From assembly GCA_029251005.1 (NCBI GenBank), contig JAQXEE010000157.1, positions 645 to 64,644 of the forward strand: 64,000 bases of DNA, in the 5' to 3' direction. The position numbers and the translations under genes are program-made. Source of the stretch: Flavobacteriales bacterium (GTDB taxonomy: Bacteria; Bacteroidota; Bacteroidia; Flavobacteriales_C; GCA-002722245). Each line of letters opens with the position of its first letter. Within the stretch, counting starts at the first letter, position 1. The notes beneath the pieces are model-generated. The model worked only from the letters and a program-made list of their open reading frames with translations, was not told where the DNA came from and did not search any database. Shown here piece by piece: positions 18,941 through 29,205 of the stretch.

Positions 18941-19267
18941 ATGATACAGGTATCAGAAAATGCAAAAAATCAAGTCCATAAGTTAAAACGCTTAGAAGAA
19001 ATGGCTCCAGATAGTTTTATTCGAGTGGGTGTTAAAAGTGGAGGATGTTCTGGTCTATCTTATGATTTAAGTTTCGATTCGGAACTTAAAGATACAGATC
19101 AGTTATTTGAAGACAACGAAGTAAAGGTTGTGGTAGAAAAGAAAAGTTTACTGTATTTGGCAGGAACGGTTCTGGAATATGAAGGAGGATTGAATGGTAA
19201 AGGATTTAGTTTTAATAACCCAAACGCATCAAGAACATGTGGGTGTGGAGAGAGTTTTGCAGTTTAA
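18941..19267 (+). CDS. sufA: A-type Fe-S carrier (HesB/IscA/SufA)
   Basis: GGCSG and TCGCGESF motifs. Confidence 0.92.
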   Translation: MIQVSENAKNQVHKLKRLEEMAPDSFIRVGVKSGGCSGLSYDLSFDSELKDTDQLFEDNEVKVVVEKKSLLYLAGTVLEYEGGLNGKGFSFNNPNASRTCGCGESFAV

Positions 19268-19289
19268 TTAATACTATAAGAACACTACT

Positions 19290-20741
19290 ATGAGTATGTC
19301 GGATGAAGATAAGATTATAGAAGAAGCAACAACTGGAGATTACAAGTATGGTTTTGTTACTGATATTGAATCTGATTTAGCCAAAGTGGGTTTGACGGAA
19401 GATACCGTTAGATTTATTTCTGCTAAAAAAGATGAACCAGAATGGTTGTTGGATTGGAGGCTCAAGGCCTTTAGAATGTGGGAAAAGATGGAAGAGCCAG
19501 ACTGGGCACATGTATCTTACCCAAAACCAAACTATCAAGATATAATATATTATGCTGCTCCAAAACCTAAAAAGGAGTATGAAAGCTTAGATCAAGTGGA
19601 TCCTGAAATTTTGAAAACGTTCGAAAAATTAGGAGTTCCGATTAACGAGCAGAAGGCGTTGTCAGGAGTTGCGGTTGATGTTGTAATGGATTCTGTTTCT
19701 GTAGCGACTACTTTTAAAGATAAACTAGGAGAATTAGGAATTATTTTTTGCTCGTTTTCTGAAGCTGTTAAAGAGCACCCGGAACTAGTGAGAGAATATG
19801 TTGGAAGTGTTGTTCCTCAAGCGGATAATTTCTTTTCTGCATTAAACTCTGCTGTTTTCTCTGATGGATCATTCTGCTATATTCCAAAAGGAGTCAGATG
19901 TCCAATGGAACTGTCAACTTACTTCAGAATAAATGAAGCAAATACAGGTCAGTTTGAAAGAACGTTGATCATTGCTGATGAAGGCGCATATGTCTCCTAC
20001 TTGGAAGGATGTACAGCGCCACAAAGAGACGAAAATCAACTGCATGCAGCGGTCGTTGAAATAGTAGCCAAAAAGAATGCTGAGGTTAAATACTCTACAG
20101 TACAAAACTGGTATCCTGGAGATAAGAAAGGAAGAGGAGGGATTTATAACTTCGTAACAAAAAGAGGAATATGTGCTGGTGATAACAGTAAGATTTCCTG
20201 GACTCAGGTAGAAACAGGCTCTGCAGTTACTTGGAAATATCCATCATGTATTCTTAAAGGTGATAATTCAGTTGGTGAATTTTTCTCTGTTGCGGTTACA
20301 AATAACATGCAGCAAGCAGATACTGGAACTAAAATGATTCACTTAGGTAAAAACACGAAAAGTACAATTGTTTCAAAAGGTATCTCAGCTGGTAAATCGC
20401 AAAATTCTTACAGAGGATTAGTTAAAATCGCTAAAGGTGCTGATGGAGCAAGAAACTTTAGTCAGTGTGATTCCCTATTAATAGGAGCGAAGTGTGGAGC
20501 TCACACTTTTCCTTATATAGAATGTCAAAATAAATCAGCTAAAGTGGAGCATGAAGCAACAACTTCAAAAATTGGAGAAGATCAGTTGTTTTACTGTAAT
20601 CAACGAGGGATTAAAACCGACAAAGCAATTGGATTAATTGTAAATGGTTTTTGTAAAAACGTTATGGATAATCTTCCAATGGAGTTTGCTATTGAAGCGA
20701 GAAAATTATTGGAAATTAGCTTAGAGGGATCGGTAGGATAA
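19290..20741 (+). CDS. sufB: Fe-S cluster assembly scaffold SufB
   Basis: [29 protein letters not shown]. Confidence 0.97.
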   Translation: MSMSDEDKIIEEATTGDYKYGFVTDIESDLAKVGLTEDTVRFISAKKDEPEWLLDWRLKAFRMWEKMEEPDWAHVSYPKPNYQDIIYYAAPKPKKEYESLDQVDPEILKTFEKLGVPINEQKALSGVAVDVVMDSVSVATTFKDKLGELGIIFCSFSEAVKEHPELVREYVGSVVPQADNFFSALNSAVFSDGSFCYIPKGVRCPMELSTYFRINEANTGQFERTLIIADEGAYVSYLEGCTAPQRDENQLHAAVVEIVAKKNAEVKYSTVQNWYPGDKKGRGGIYNFVTKRGICAGDNSKISWTQVETGSAVTWKYPSCILKGDNSVGEFFSVAVTNNMQQADTGTKMIHLGKNTKSTIVSKGISAGKSQNSYRGLVKIAKGADGARNFSQCDSLLIGAKCGAHTFPYIECQNKSAKVEHEATTSKIGEDQLFYCNQRGIKTDKAIGLIVNGFCKNVMDNLPMEFAIEARKLLEISLEGSVG

Positions 20742-20771
20742 AATAAATTAAGACTTTAAAAGCATTTTAAA

Positions 20772-21530
20772 ATGTTAAAAATAAACGGTTTAAAAGCCGA
20801 AATAAATGGTAAGGAAATCCTAAAAGGATTAAACTTAGAAGTGAAACCAGGAGAAGTTCATGCTATTATGGGACCTAACGGTTCTGGTAAAAGTACTTTA
20901 GCGTCTGTGTTAGCTGGAAGAGAAGAGTATGAAGTAATTGATGGGGATGTTGATTTTGATGGTCAAGACCTATTGGATTTATCACCAGAGCAAAGAGCTG
21001 GAGAAGGGTTGTTTTTAGCATTCCAATACCCAGTTGAAATACCTGGAGTTAGTAACATTAACTTTATAAAAACTGCGGTTAATGAAGTTAGAGAATACAA
21101 TGGATTGCCAAATTTGGAAACCAAAGAATTCATGAAATTACTAAAGGAAAAACAACAATTAGTTGAGCTTTCTGGGAAATTAGCAAATCGTTCGGTTAAT
21201 GAAGGGTTTTCTGGTGGAGAAAAAAAGCGGAATGAAATTTTTCAAATGGCAATGTTAAATCCGAAATTGGGTATACTGGATGAGACTGATTCAGGATTGG
21301 ATATTGATGCGTTAAGAATCGTTGCAAATGGTGTGAATGAATTAAAAACGAAAGATAACGCTTTCGTAGTTGTAACACACTACCAAAGGCTATTAGACTA
21401 TATCGTACCTGATTTTGTGCACGTATTATACGATGGAAGAATTGTAAAAACGGGAACTAAAGAATTGGCTTTAGAACTAGAAGAAAAAGGTTACGATTGG
21501 ATTATCGATGAATTTAAAGAAACTGTTTAA
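20772..21530 (+). CDS. sufC: Fe-S assembly ATPase SufC
   Basis: GPNGSGKST, FSGGEKKRNE, LDETDSGLDIDAL. Confidence 0.97.
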   Translation: MLKINGLKAEINGKEILKGLNLEVKPGEVHAIMGPNGSGKSTLASVLAGREEYEVIDGDVDFDGQDLLDLSPEQRAGEGLFLAFQYPVEIPGVSNINFIKTAVNEVREYNGLPNLETKEFMKLLKEKQQLVELSGKLANRSVNEGFSGGEKKRNEIFQMAMLNPKLGILDETDSGLDIDALRIVANGVNELKTKDNAFVVVTHYQRLLDYIVPDFVHVLYDGRIVKTGTKELALELEEKGYDWIIDEFKETV

Positions 21531-21545
21531 TCTTACAGCGTTATA

Positions 21546-22856
21546 ATGTCAACATTAACAATTTCAGATAAAGAAAGATTCCTAATAAATCAGGAAGGTC
21601 AAGATTTCAGTCATGAAGCAAAGACTTTCATAAAAATTCGTGAGCTAGCACTTAAGAATTTAAAAGATTTAGATTTTCCAACGAAAAAGTTGGAAAATTG
21701 GAAATACACAAATTTGAGGGGCATTTCTAAAATAGAATTCAGACCTCAAAGTGCAATTAATATAATTGCAGAGAAAGTTAAAGCGCATAAAATTCCAAAT
21801 TTGGATGCCTACACATTGGTATTTGTTAACGGCTTTTTCTCGCCCGAGTTTTCGGATACAGCTGAGGAAAAAGACGGAAAATTTGTAGTTACTAATCTAA
21901 ATACAGCTAAAAGGAAGTTTATCAAATTTGTAGAGCCTTATTTGGGATTTCAAACAAGAGCAAAAGATCAATTTTTTGTAAATCTCAATTCTGCTTTTTC
22001 ACAAGATGGTGCCTTTGTTTATGTTAAGGCACAGCAAAAATTAGATAAGCCGGTACACATAATTAATTTAGTGGATGGTGATTTAGTAGCAGCTTACCCA
22101 AGAAACTTAATTGTTGCTGAGAAACTATCTGAAGCTCAGGTTGTTGTTTCTTATGAGACAATTGATACAGCCTCCGCTTTAAGTAATGTTATTAACGAAG
22201 TTTTTGTTGCTGAAGGCGCTCATGTTCAAATGGACAAAATTCAAAATGAAAATAAGAACACTACTCACATTAGCGCTGATTACGCTGTCCAGCATAAGGA
22301 TTCAACATTTACAATAAATACAATCCCTGCGAACGGAAAGCTTATTCGAAATAACTTGAGTATTCTTTTAGACGGAACAGGTTGTACAGCTAATTTAAAT
22401 GGTGCAATTTGTTTGAATGGTGATATTCACGTTGATAATCAAACTTATGTTAATCATGCACAACCAAACTGTGATTCTAACGAGTTATATAAGGCTGTTG
22501 TAAACGATCAAGCGGCAAGTATTTTTAATGGTAAAATTTATGTGAATAAAATTGCACAGCAAACAAATGCTTTTCAAAGTAATGCAAATATTTTGATGAG
22601 TAATGATGCGAAAGCAAATTCAAAACCTCAGTTAGAAATATATGCTGATGACGTAAAATGTAGTCATGGTTGCACTATTGGACAGTTTGACGATGAAGCA
22701 TTGTTTTATTTAAGAGCAAGAGGAATCAAAGAATCTACAGCAAAAAAAGTTTTATTAGAAGCTTTTATTGGAGAGGTTTTAGATAAAATTAAAATTGAAG
22801 CTGTTCGTGATTATGCTAGTGCATTAATTGCAAAGAATTTTAATTCAAAAAACTAA
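21546..22856 (+). CDS. sufD: Fe-S assembly protein SufD
   Basis: ENWKYT, KPQLEIYADDVKCSHG. Confidence 0.95.
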   Translation: MSTLTISDKERFLINQEGQDFSHEAKTFIKIRELALKNLKDLDFPTKKLENWKYTNLRGISKIEFRPQSAINIIAEKVKAHKIPNLDAYTLVFVNGFFSPEFSDTAEEKDGKFVVTNLNTAKRKFIKFVEPYLGFQTRAKDQFFVNLNSAFSQDGAFVYVKAQQKLDKPVHIINLVDGDLVAAYPRNLIVAEKLSEAQVVVSYETIDTASALSNVINEVFVAEGAHVQMDKIQNENKNTTHISADYAVQHKDSTFTINTIPANGKLIRNNLSILLDGTGCTANLNGAICLNGDIHVDNQTYVNHAQPNCDSNELYKAVVNDQAASIFNGKIYVNKIAQQTNAFQSNANILMSNDAKANSKPQLEIYADDVKCSHGCTIGQFDDEALFYLRARGIKESTAKKVLLEAFIGEVLDKIKIEAVRDYASALIAKNFNSKN

Positions 22857-22868
22857 TTAGTTTTAGGC

Positions 22869-24095
22869 ATGTTAGCTACCAAAAATATTTTAGATACGCG
22901 CAAAGATTTTCCAACTCTGAAAAGGCTAATTAATGGGAAGCCTTTGGTGTATTTTGATAATGGAGCAACTGCTCAAAAACCTCAATTGGTAATCGATCGA
23001 ATAAACGATTATTATCAAAATGAAAACTCTAATATTCATAGAGGTGTTCATACCTTAAGTCAGGATGCTACTTCTGCTTACGAAGAAGCACGTCGTAAAA
23101 TTCAAGTGCTGATTAATGCACCCCTTGAAGAGGAGGTGATTTTCACAAAAGGAACTACCGATGGAATTAATTTAATTGCTAACGGATTTTCGAGAGGCTT
23201 TTTAAATTCAGGTGATGAGGTTGTTATTTCTGAAATGGAACATCATAGCAATATTGTTCCTTGGCAAATAGCCTGTGAGTACACTGGTGCAACTTTAAAA
23301 ATTGCACCAATGAATGATGAAGGTGAATTGATTTTTGAAGCTTTTGAAGCGTTGCTTTCAGCAAAAACAAAGTTAGTTGCTATTACTCATGTATCAAATA
23401 CACTAGGGACAATTAATCCAGCTAAGGATATTGTTAGAGTGGCACACGATAAAGGGATACCTGTTTTATTTGATGGAGCTCAAAGTGTTCAGCACATGGC
23501 TGTAGATGTTCAGGACTTAGATTGTGAATTTTATGTTTTTGGTGGACATAAAATGTTTGGGCCTACTGGTATTGGGGTGTTGTACGGAAAAAAAGAATGG
23601 TTAGATAAACTCCCTCCTTACCAAGGTGGAGGAGATATGATAAAGACGGTTTCGTTTGAAAAAACAATCTACAATGATTTACCACATAAGTTCGAAGCAG
23701 GAACGCCCAATATTGCCGGAGGTATTGGATTAGGGGCTGCTGTAGATTACTTAAATACAATCGATTGGAATGAAGTTTATGCTCATGAACAGGGATTATT
23801 AAAGTATGCTACGGAGCAAATTCTTCAAATAGAAGGGATTAAAATTATTGGGACAGCTAAAAATAAGGCAGGTGTTTTAAGTTTTGTGCATGATAAAGCG
23901 CACCATTACGACATAGGAACTCTTTTGGATCAATTAGGAATTGCGATTCGAACGGGACATCATTGTACTGAACCTTTAATGCATCGATGTAAGATTACTG
24001 GAACAGCCAGAGCATCATTTGCATTTTATAACACCAAAGAAGAAATAGATGTTTTTATAGCCGCTTTAAAACGTGCTTTAAAGATGTTATTATAA
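22869..24095 (+). CDS. sufS: Cysteine desulfurase SufS
   Basis: YFDNGATAQKP, GHKMFGPTG, RTGHHC. Confidence 0.95.
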   Translation: MLATKNILDTRKDFPTLKRLINGKPLVYFDNGATAQKPQLVIDRINDYYQNENSNIHRGVHTLSQDATSAYEEARRKIQVLINAPLEEEVIFTKGTTDGINLIANGFSRGFLNSGDEVVISEMEHHSNIVPWQIACEYTGATLKIAPMNDEGELIFEAFEALLSAKTKLVAITHVSNTLGTINPAKDIVRVAHDKGIPVLFDGAQSVQHMAVDVQDLDCEFYVFGGHKMFGPTGIGVLYGKKEWLDKLPPYQGGGDMIKTVSFEKTIYNDLPHKFEAGTPNIAGGIGLGAAVDYLNTIDWNEVYAHEQGLLKYATEQILQIEGIKIIGTAKNKAGVLSFVHDKAHHYDIGTLLDQLGIAIRTGHHCTEPLMHRCKITGTARASFAFYNTKEEIDVFIAALKRALKMLL

Positions 24096-24102
24096 GCATA
24101 TT

Positions 24103-24516
24103 ATGAGCATACAAGAGGTATCCGAGGAACTAGTTGAAGACTTTGAATTATTTGAAGATTGGTCTGATAAATATGAGTACATCATCTCTTTAGGAAAAGA
24201 TTTACGATCTATGAATGTCTCTGAAAAAACAGAAGATAACATCGTAAAGGGATGTCAAAGCCAAGTTTGGTTAACTGCTCGAAATGAGGATGGCATTGTT
24301 TTTTATGAGGCAGATAGTGATGCTATAATTACGAAAGGAATTATAGCTCTTTTAGTAAAAGTATTTAATGGTCAATCAGCAAAGGATATTTTAAATAATG
24401 ATTTAACATTTATTGATCAGATAGGATTAAAAGAACATTTATCGCCAAACAGAAGTAACGGATTGGTAGCGATGGTCCAACAAATGAAAACATACGCACT
24501 CGCTTTTAGTAAATAG
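24103..24516 (+). CDS. sufE: Sulfur acceptor SufE
   Basis: VKGCQSQVW, LSPNRSNGL. Confidence 0.95.
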   Translation: MSIQEVSEELVEDFELFEDWSDKYEYIISLGKDLRSMNVSEKTEDNIVKGCQSQVWLTARNEDGIVFYEADSDAIITKGIIALLVKVFNGQSAKDILNNDLTFIDQIGLKEHLSPNRSNGLVAMVQQMKTYALAFSK

Positions 24517-24524
24517 ATATAAAG

Positions 24525-24845
24525 ATGGATCATCAGGGAAAAAAAGATTTAGAGGAACAGATTGTAATGGTGATTAAAACAATTTACGATCCTGAAATAC
24601 CTGTAGACATTTATGAATTGGGATTAATCTATCATATTAAAATAGATGACGATATAAATGTGAGTATCGATATGACATTGACCTCTCCAAATTGTCCTGC
24701 TGCAGAATCATTACCTGCTGAAGTTGAACAAAAAGTGAGCGGAATAGAAGTGGTAAAAAGCTGTAATATTGATATCGTATTTGAACCAACTTGGGAACGT
24801 CATATGATGAGTGAAGAGGCTCAAATTGAGTTGGGAATGATTTAA
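24525..24845 (+). CDS. sufT: DUF59/SufT Fe-S maturation protein
   Basis: DPEIPVDIYELGLIY, TLTSPNCP. Confidence 0.88.
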   Translation: MDHQGKKDLEEQIVMVIKTIYDPEIPVDIYELGLIYHIKIDDDINVSIDMTLTSPNCPAAESLPAEVEQKVSGIEVVKSCNIDIVFEPTWERHMMSEEAQIELGMI

Positions 24846-24865
24846 ATGAATACCGAGAATAGAAA

Positions 24866-25360
24866 ATGATTGAGAATAAAGTTGAAAAAAGTGGACTAAT
24901 AACGATTGACCTTGTAGATTTAATTCCAAAGGGTGAACAGTTTGTTATTGACTTAAAAGACTTTATGTTTCAAGGTGTTATTCTTCGTGAAAAAGATTTT
25001 AGAGCTCAACTAAAAGCAACCGACTGGAGCGTTTATCAAGATGGGTTTGTTGCGATAACAAGTACATCAGAAGGTTTAATCCCGTTATGGGCCTTTATGT
25101 TGATTTCTTCTGTTTTAGAACCTTATGCATCTTTGGTAATTAGAGGCAATAAAACCCATTTAAAGGGGGCTTTATTGCGTAGAGTAATTGAAGATATGGA
25201 TGTTTCGGAGTATGAAGGAAAAATGGTGATTATAAAAGGGTGTGGTAAAGAATCAATTCCTGAAAGTTCTTATATAATTATTACTAAAAAATTACAACCT
25301 GTCGTGAAAAGTCTCATGTTCGGGGAGGCTTGTTCTACGGTACCAATTTTCAAAAAGTGA
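24866..25360 (+). CDS. DUF2480 family protein
   Basis: IENKVEKSGLITIDL, LREKDFR, IKGC, SLMFGEACSTVP. Confidence 0.8.
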   Translation: MIENKVEKSGLITIDLVDLIPKGEQFVIDLKDFMFQGVILREKDFRAQLKATDWSVYQDGFVAITSTSEGLIPLWAFMLISSVLEPYASLVIRGNKTHLKGALLRRVIEDMDVSEYEGKMVIIKGCGKESIPESSYIIITKKLQPVVKSLMFGEACSTVPIFKK

Positions 25361-25497
25361 TTTAAATTAACCGTTTAATTGAATTTGTTGTAAAAAAAAA
25401 CATGAATTTAAATGTAAAATTTTAAATTTAAGGAAACGACTTCCTTGATCTTTTTTAGGGAGTTTTTTAAAATGTGAAAAATTAAGTTATACAGATT

Positions 25498-26337
25498 ATG
25501 AAAGATGTTTATAAGATATTAGTTCCTACCGATTTCACTTCGGTTGCTAAGACTGCCTTAGCTCATGCCATTAAGATTGCTAAAATAATGGATGGTGAAA
25601 TTGTTTTACTTCACGTTGTAGATCGAGATACGAATACGGACGAAGCAAGAGCTAAGCTTGACCCGATGGCTGAGGAAGTTTCGAAAAACGAAAATATCCC
25701 GACAGTTGGTAAAGTAGTTACGGGTAATATTTTTGAAGATATTGATAAAGTAGCAGATTACGAAGGAGCTCGTTTAATCATTATGGGAACTCATGGTAGA
25801 AAAGGGATCCAGCATATTACGGGATCCTACGCTATGAAGGTAATTACAAACTCAAAAATTCCTTTTATAGTGGTTCAGGATCGTATTGTTTCTGATGGAC
25901 ATAAGAATATTGTTTTTCCTATTGACTTTAAAGCTGAAACAAAGAGTAAAATTTCTGTTACGGCAAGTATGGCGAATAAATTAGGAGCGAAAGTTCATAT
26001 TTTCGCTGACTATGAGGACGATAAATTTGACAAGCAAAAAATTGACAATAATGTAGCTTACACAAAAAAGTTCTTTTCTACTCACGGTATTGACTATGTT
26101 GTTGAGCATGCTGACGGACCTGGAGATTTTGTGAAACAAATCATTAGATACTCTGCGAGTATTAATGCAGACTTCATTGCTATATTAAACTTAAATTATC
26201 GAAGCATTAATGCCTTTCTTAAAAATTCAGAGGAAGCTTTAATTTCGAATGAAGCACAAATTCCTGTTTTAATGGTGAATCCATCTTCTGAATATATTTC
26301 GAAATCACCATTATTTGGTGACTACCAAACTTTTTAA
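25498..26337 (+). CDS. Universal stress protein (tandem USP domains)
   Basis: ILVPTDFT, IIMGTHGRKG...GS. Confidence 0.9.
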   Translation: MKDVYKILVPTDFTSVAKTALAHAIKIAKIMDGEIVLLHVVDRDTNTDEARAKLDPMAEEVSKNENIPTVGKVVTGNIFEDIDKVADYEGARLIIMGTHGRKGIQHITGSYAMKVITNSKIPFIVVQDRIVSDGHKNIVFPIDFKAETKSKISVTASMANKLGAKVHIFADYEDDKFDKQKIDNNVAYTKKFFSTHGIDYVVEHADGPGDFVKQIIRYSASINADFIAILNLNYRSINAFLKNSEEALISNEAQIPVLMVNPSSEYISKSPLFGDYQTF

Positions 26338-26352
26338 TTATTATTAAATTAT

Positions 26353-26382
26353 AAAAAAGGCTACCAATCGGTAGCCTTTTTT
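26353..26382 (+). terminator. Intrinsic terminator
   Basis: aaaaaaggctacc-aatc-ggtagcctttttt. Confidence 0.88.
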
Positions 26383-26409
26383 TATTTTTGGATATCTAAG
26401 ATGAAAATA

Positions 26410-27243
26410 ATGAGAAAATTATTCCTTTTGCCTTTAGTAACAATCTTTTTTTCCTGTGGGGGAAATGAAGGTGATGACATATCTCAGCTAGAGATTGATT
26501 CAGCAATGGCTGTTGCGAATTATAATCCTATTATTTTAGAACGGAATGGTATTAAACTAGTAGAATTCACCGATTTCCCTCCATTCTTGGATGTTTCCAC
26601 CGAAATTACTACACAAAATCAATCCTTTAAAATGGGGATTAATAAAATTGAGTTTAAAACTAAGTTTCTTAATTTAGGACAAAAAACTGTTGAAGAGAAA
26701 ATACATAACTCAAGGTTAAATGAGGCAGGCCAATATCTTGGGGTCTTGGAGCCCAATGGTAAACTGTCTAAGATTATTCAAAAAGGATTTGAAGTTGATG
26801 TAAATGTTGGTGATAATTATTACTTCTGTTACCTTTCTCGATCTTATAATTTAAGTCTTAAAAATTCACATTCTTCATTTTTGTTCAAAATTAATGCAGA
26901 CCCAAGTGGCTGTTATTCTGAAACAAATTTATCAGATACTGTGGTTGCTTTATTACAGCCAAGAGGTAGCTATTCTTCGAATGTACAAGAGAAAATTTTA
27001 TTTGATTTTTATTTGAAAAATGTAAAAATCGGATCAAATGGGAACTATCTTTTAGTCAATATTGACAATTCTGAATTTAAGTTAATGAAGTGGGCTCCTT
27101 TTTGGATTAAAGGGTTAAAAACCGGAAAACATACTATTAAAATTGATTTGAAGGATAAAGAAGGAAAAAGTATCAAGAACCTAATGCCGAAACAATTGAA
27201 CCAAACAATTGAACTTGAGGAGGTAGTACTCTTTGATGAGTGA
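26410..27243 (+). CDS. Hypothetical lipoprotein
   Basis: MRKLFLLPLVTIFFSC lipobox (alternative start 26401). Confidence 0.75.
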   Translation: MRKLFLLPLVTIFFSCGGNEGDDISQLEIDSAMAVANYNPIILERNGIKLVEFTDFPPFLDVSTEITTQNQSFKMGINKIEFKTKFLNLGQKTVEEKIHNSRLNEAGQYLGVLEPNGKLSKIIQKGFEVDVNVGDNYYFCYLSRSYNLSLKNSHSSFLFKINADPSGCYSETNLSDTVVALLQPRGSYSSNVQEKILFDFYLKNVKIGSNGNYLLVNIDNSEFKLMKWAPFWIKGLKTGKHTIKIDLKDKEGKSIKNLMPKQLNQTIELEEVVLFDE

Positions 27244-27343
27244 ACAAATTAATGTTATCATAATAATATCTTAAATATCATTTTTTAAGTCCTTTTGCTT
27301 ATTTTTATCGAGGGTGAATTAATGCCTTTCTAAAGATAGAAGT

Positions 27344-28729
27344 ATGGGATGTTCTGGATGTAGTACAGGAAGAGGCTCCAATAATTTACCTGGTGGATGT
27401 AAAAGCAATGGCGGATGTGAAAGCGGAGGTTGTAACCAACTAAATGTTTTCGATTGGCTTTCAAATATGGATAATCCGAGTTCGGCAGATTTGCCGGAGT
27501 TGGTAGAAGTTCGTTTTAAGAACGGACGAAAAGGATACTTCAACAATGTTGATAATTTAAGTTTGAATGTATCCGATGTTGTAGCAGTTGAATCATCACC
27601 AGGACATGATATTGGTACAGTTTCATTGGTAGGCGAATTAGTTCGTTTACAAGTGGCAAAAAAATCAATAAAGGACGCAGATATATTAAAAATATACAGG
27701 AAGCCACGTCAAAATGATATAGACAAATGGCAAGAAGCTATGCGTTTAGAAAAACCAACAATGACTCAAGCAAGAAAGTTTGCTATTGAGTATGGTTTAG
27801 ATATGAAAATTTGTGATGTTGAATATCAAGGTGATAAAGCAAAATGCACTTTTTATTACACAGCTGAACAAAGAGTTGATTTTAGAGAATTAATTAAAAT
27901 TTACGCCACTACTTTCAAAGTTCGAATTGAGATGCGTCAAATTGGGGCTCGTCAAGAAGCTTCCAAATTAGGCGGAGTGGGAGCTTGTGGAAGAGAGCTT
28001 TGTTGTAGTTCTTGGATGACCGATTTTAGATCTGTAACAACAAGTGCAGCGAGATATCAGCAACTATCATTAAACCCTCAAAAACTTGCAGGACAATGCG
28101 GGAAATTAAAATGTTGTTTGAACTTCGAATTAGATAGCTACCTAGACGCTGTAATGGATTTTCCTGAAACATCAATTAACTTGAAATCTGAATCAGAAGA
28201 ATATTTTCATTTCAAAACTGATATTTTTAAACGATTATATTGGTATATCTGTAGGACAGATAGAATGAAGTTTATAGCTGTTGACATTGATCGAGTTAAG
28301 GAGGTAATGGCAATGAACAAAAGAGGGGAGTTTCCTGAAGAGATCATTGAAATTATTGAAGAAAAAGAAGGGGTTAAAAAAGAGCTGGATTACTTAAATG
28401 TTGTTGGACAGGATGATTTGACAAGATTCGATAATAAAAAGAAGAAAAAGTCAGGGAAACCAACAAAAAGGCGAAATAGTAACAGAAAACCTAATAAGGA
28501 AGACGTTGTGGTAGCAGGAAATAAACCTAACCCTAATCAAAAAAGCACTAAAAAGCACAAAAGCTCCAAACCTAATAATAATCCAAACGCAAAAAAGGAA
28601 GACGGAGATAAGTCTAGGAATAAACTTAATAGCAGACCTAAAAGATCTTTTAAGAAGAGTTCAAATGATGTTTTAAAACCTAAGAGTAAGCCAAATAAAT
28701 CATCAAATAAACCTAAAAAGGAGGACTAA
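27344..28729 (+). CDS. ricT: PSP1/RicT (YaaT-like) Fe-S protein
   Basis: RVDFRELIK, CGRELCC, GQCGKLKCCLNFE; Cys-rich N-terminus; Lys/Asn-rich tail. Confidence 0.88.
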   Translation: MGCSGCSTGRGSNNLPGGCKSNGGCESGGCNQLNVFDWLSNMDNPSSADLPELVEVRFKNGRKGYFNNVDNLSLNVSDVVAVESSPGHDIGTVSLVGELVRLQVAKKSIKDADILKIYRKPRQNDIDKWQEAMRLEKPTMTQARKFAIEYGLDMKICDVEYQGDKAKCTFYYTAEQRVDFRELIKIYATTFKVRIEMRQIGARQEASKLGGVGACGRELCCSSWMTDFRSVTTSAARYQQLSLNPQKLAGQCGKLKCCLNFELDSYLDAVMDFPETSINLKSESEEYFHFKTDIFKRLYWYICRTDRMKFIAVDIDRVKEVMAMNKRGEFPEEIIEIIEEKEGVKKELDYLNVVGQDDLTRFDNKKKKKSGKPTKRRNSNRKPNKEDVVVAGNKPNPNQKSTKKHKSSKPNNNPNAKKEDGDKSRNKLNSRPKRSFKKSSNDVLKPKSKPNKSSNKPKKED

Positions 28730-29205
28730 TGAAGCAATTTCTTTTTTCTTTACTATTAGGAGTTGTTTTGCTAACAAGTTGTGACAATGCAATGATTTAC
28801 GGTGAAGATTTAGATATTAAAGATCATGTTTGGCATAAAGATTCTATTTTTATTTTTGAATCAGACTCTTTGATAGATCTTCCTCAAGTCTTAAAAATTG
28901 GGGTTACTGTTCGAAATACAGTCGATTATAAGTACAGGAATTTATGGCTTTTTGTTGAGATAAAATTACCCAATAAGGAAACACCTATAAGAGATACATT
29001 AAACCATGTCTTAATGACATCTGAAGGGTTTTGGAGTGAAAACGTTGATGGGTCAAATATAAAGGAGTCTGTTAAATATTATAAATACGCAATTCAAAAC
29101 CCTCCTGAGGGTAGTTATAGTGTGAAAGTTCAGCACGGTATGCGTGATGAATTCTTAGGTGAAATCGTTTCTATAGGAACTCGTATTGAAAAACACGAAA
29201 ACTAA
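28729..29205 (+). CDS. gldH: Gliding motility lipoprotein GldH
   Basis: LTSC lipobox, RNTVDYKYRNLWLFV, DTL, QHGMR; between ricT and PBP1A. Confidence 0.85.
   Translation: MKQFLFSLLLGVVLLTSCDNAMIYGEDLDIKDHVWHKDSIFIFESDSLIDLPQVLKIGVTVRNTVDYKYRNLWLFVEIKLPNKETPIRDTLNHVLMTSEGFWSENVDGSNIKESVKYYKYAIQNPPEGSYSVKVQHGMRDEFLGEIVSIGTRIEKHEN

Noticed and set aside
28430..28729. Recurring aaacctaa-like words
   Set aside because: They encode the low-complexity Lys/Pro/Asn tail of RicT; not a DNA repeat array
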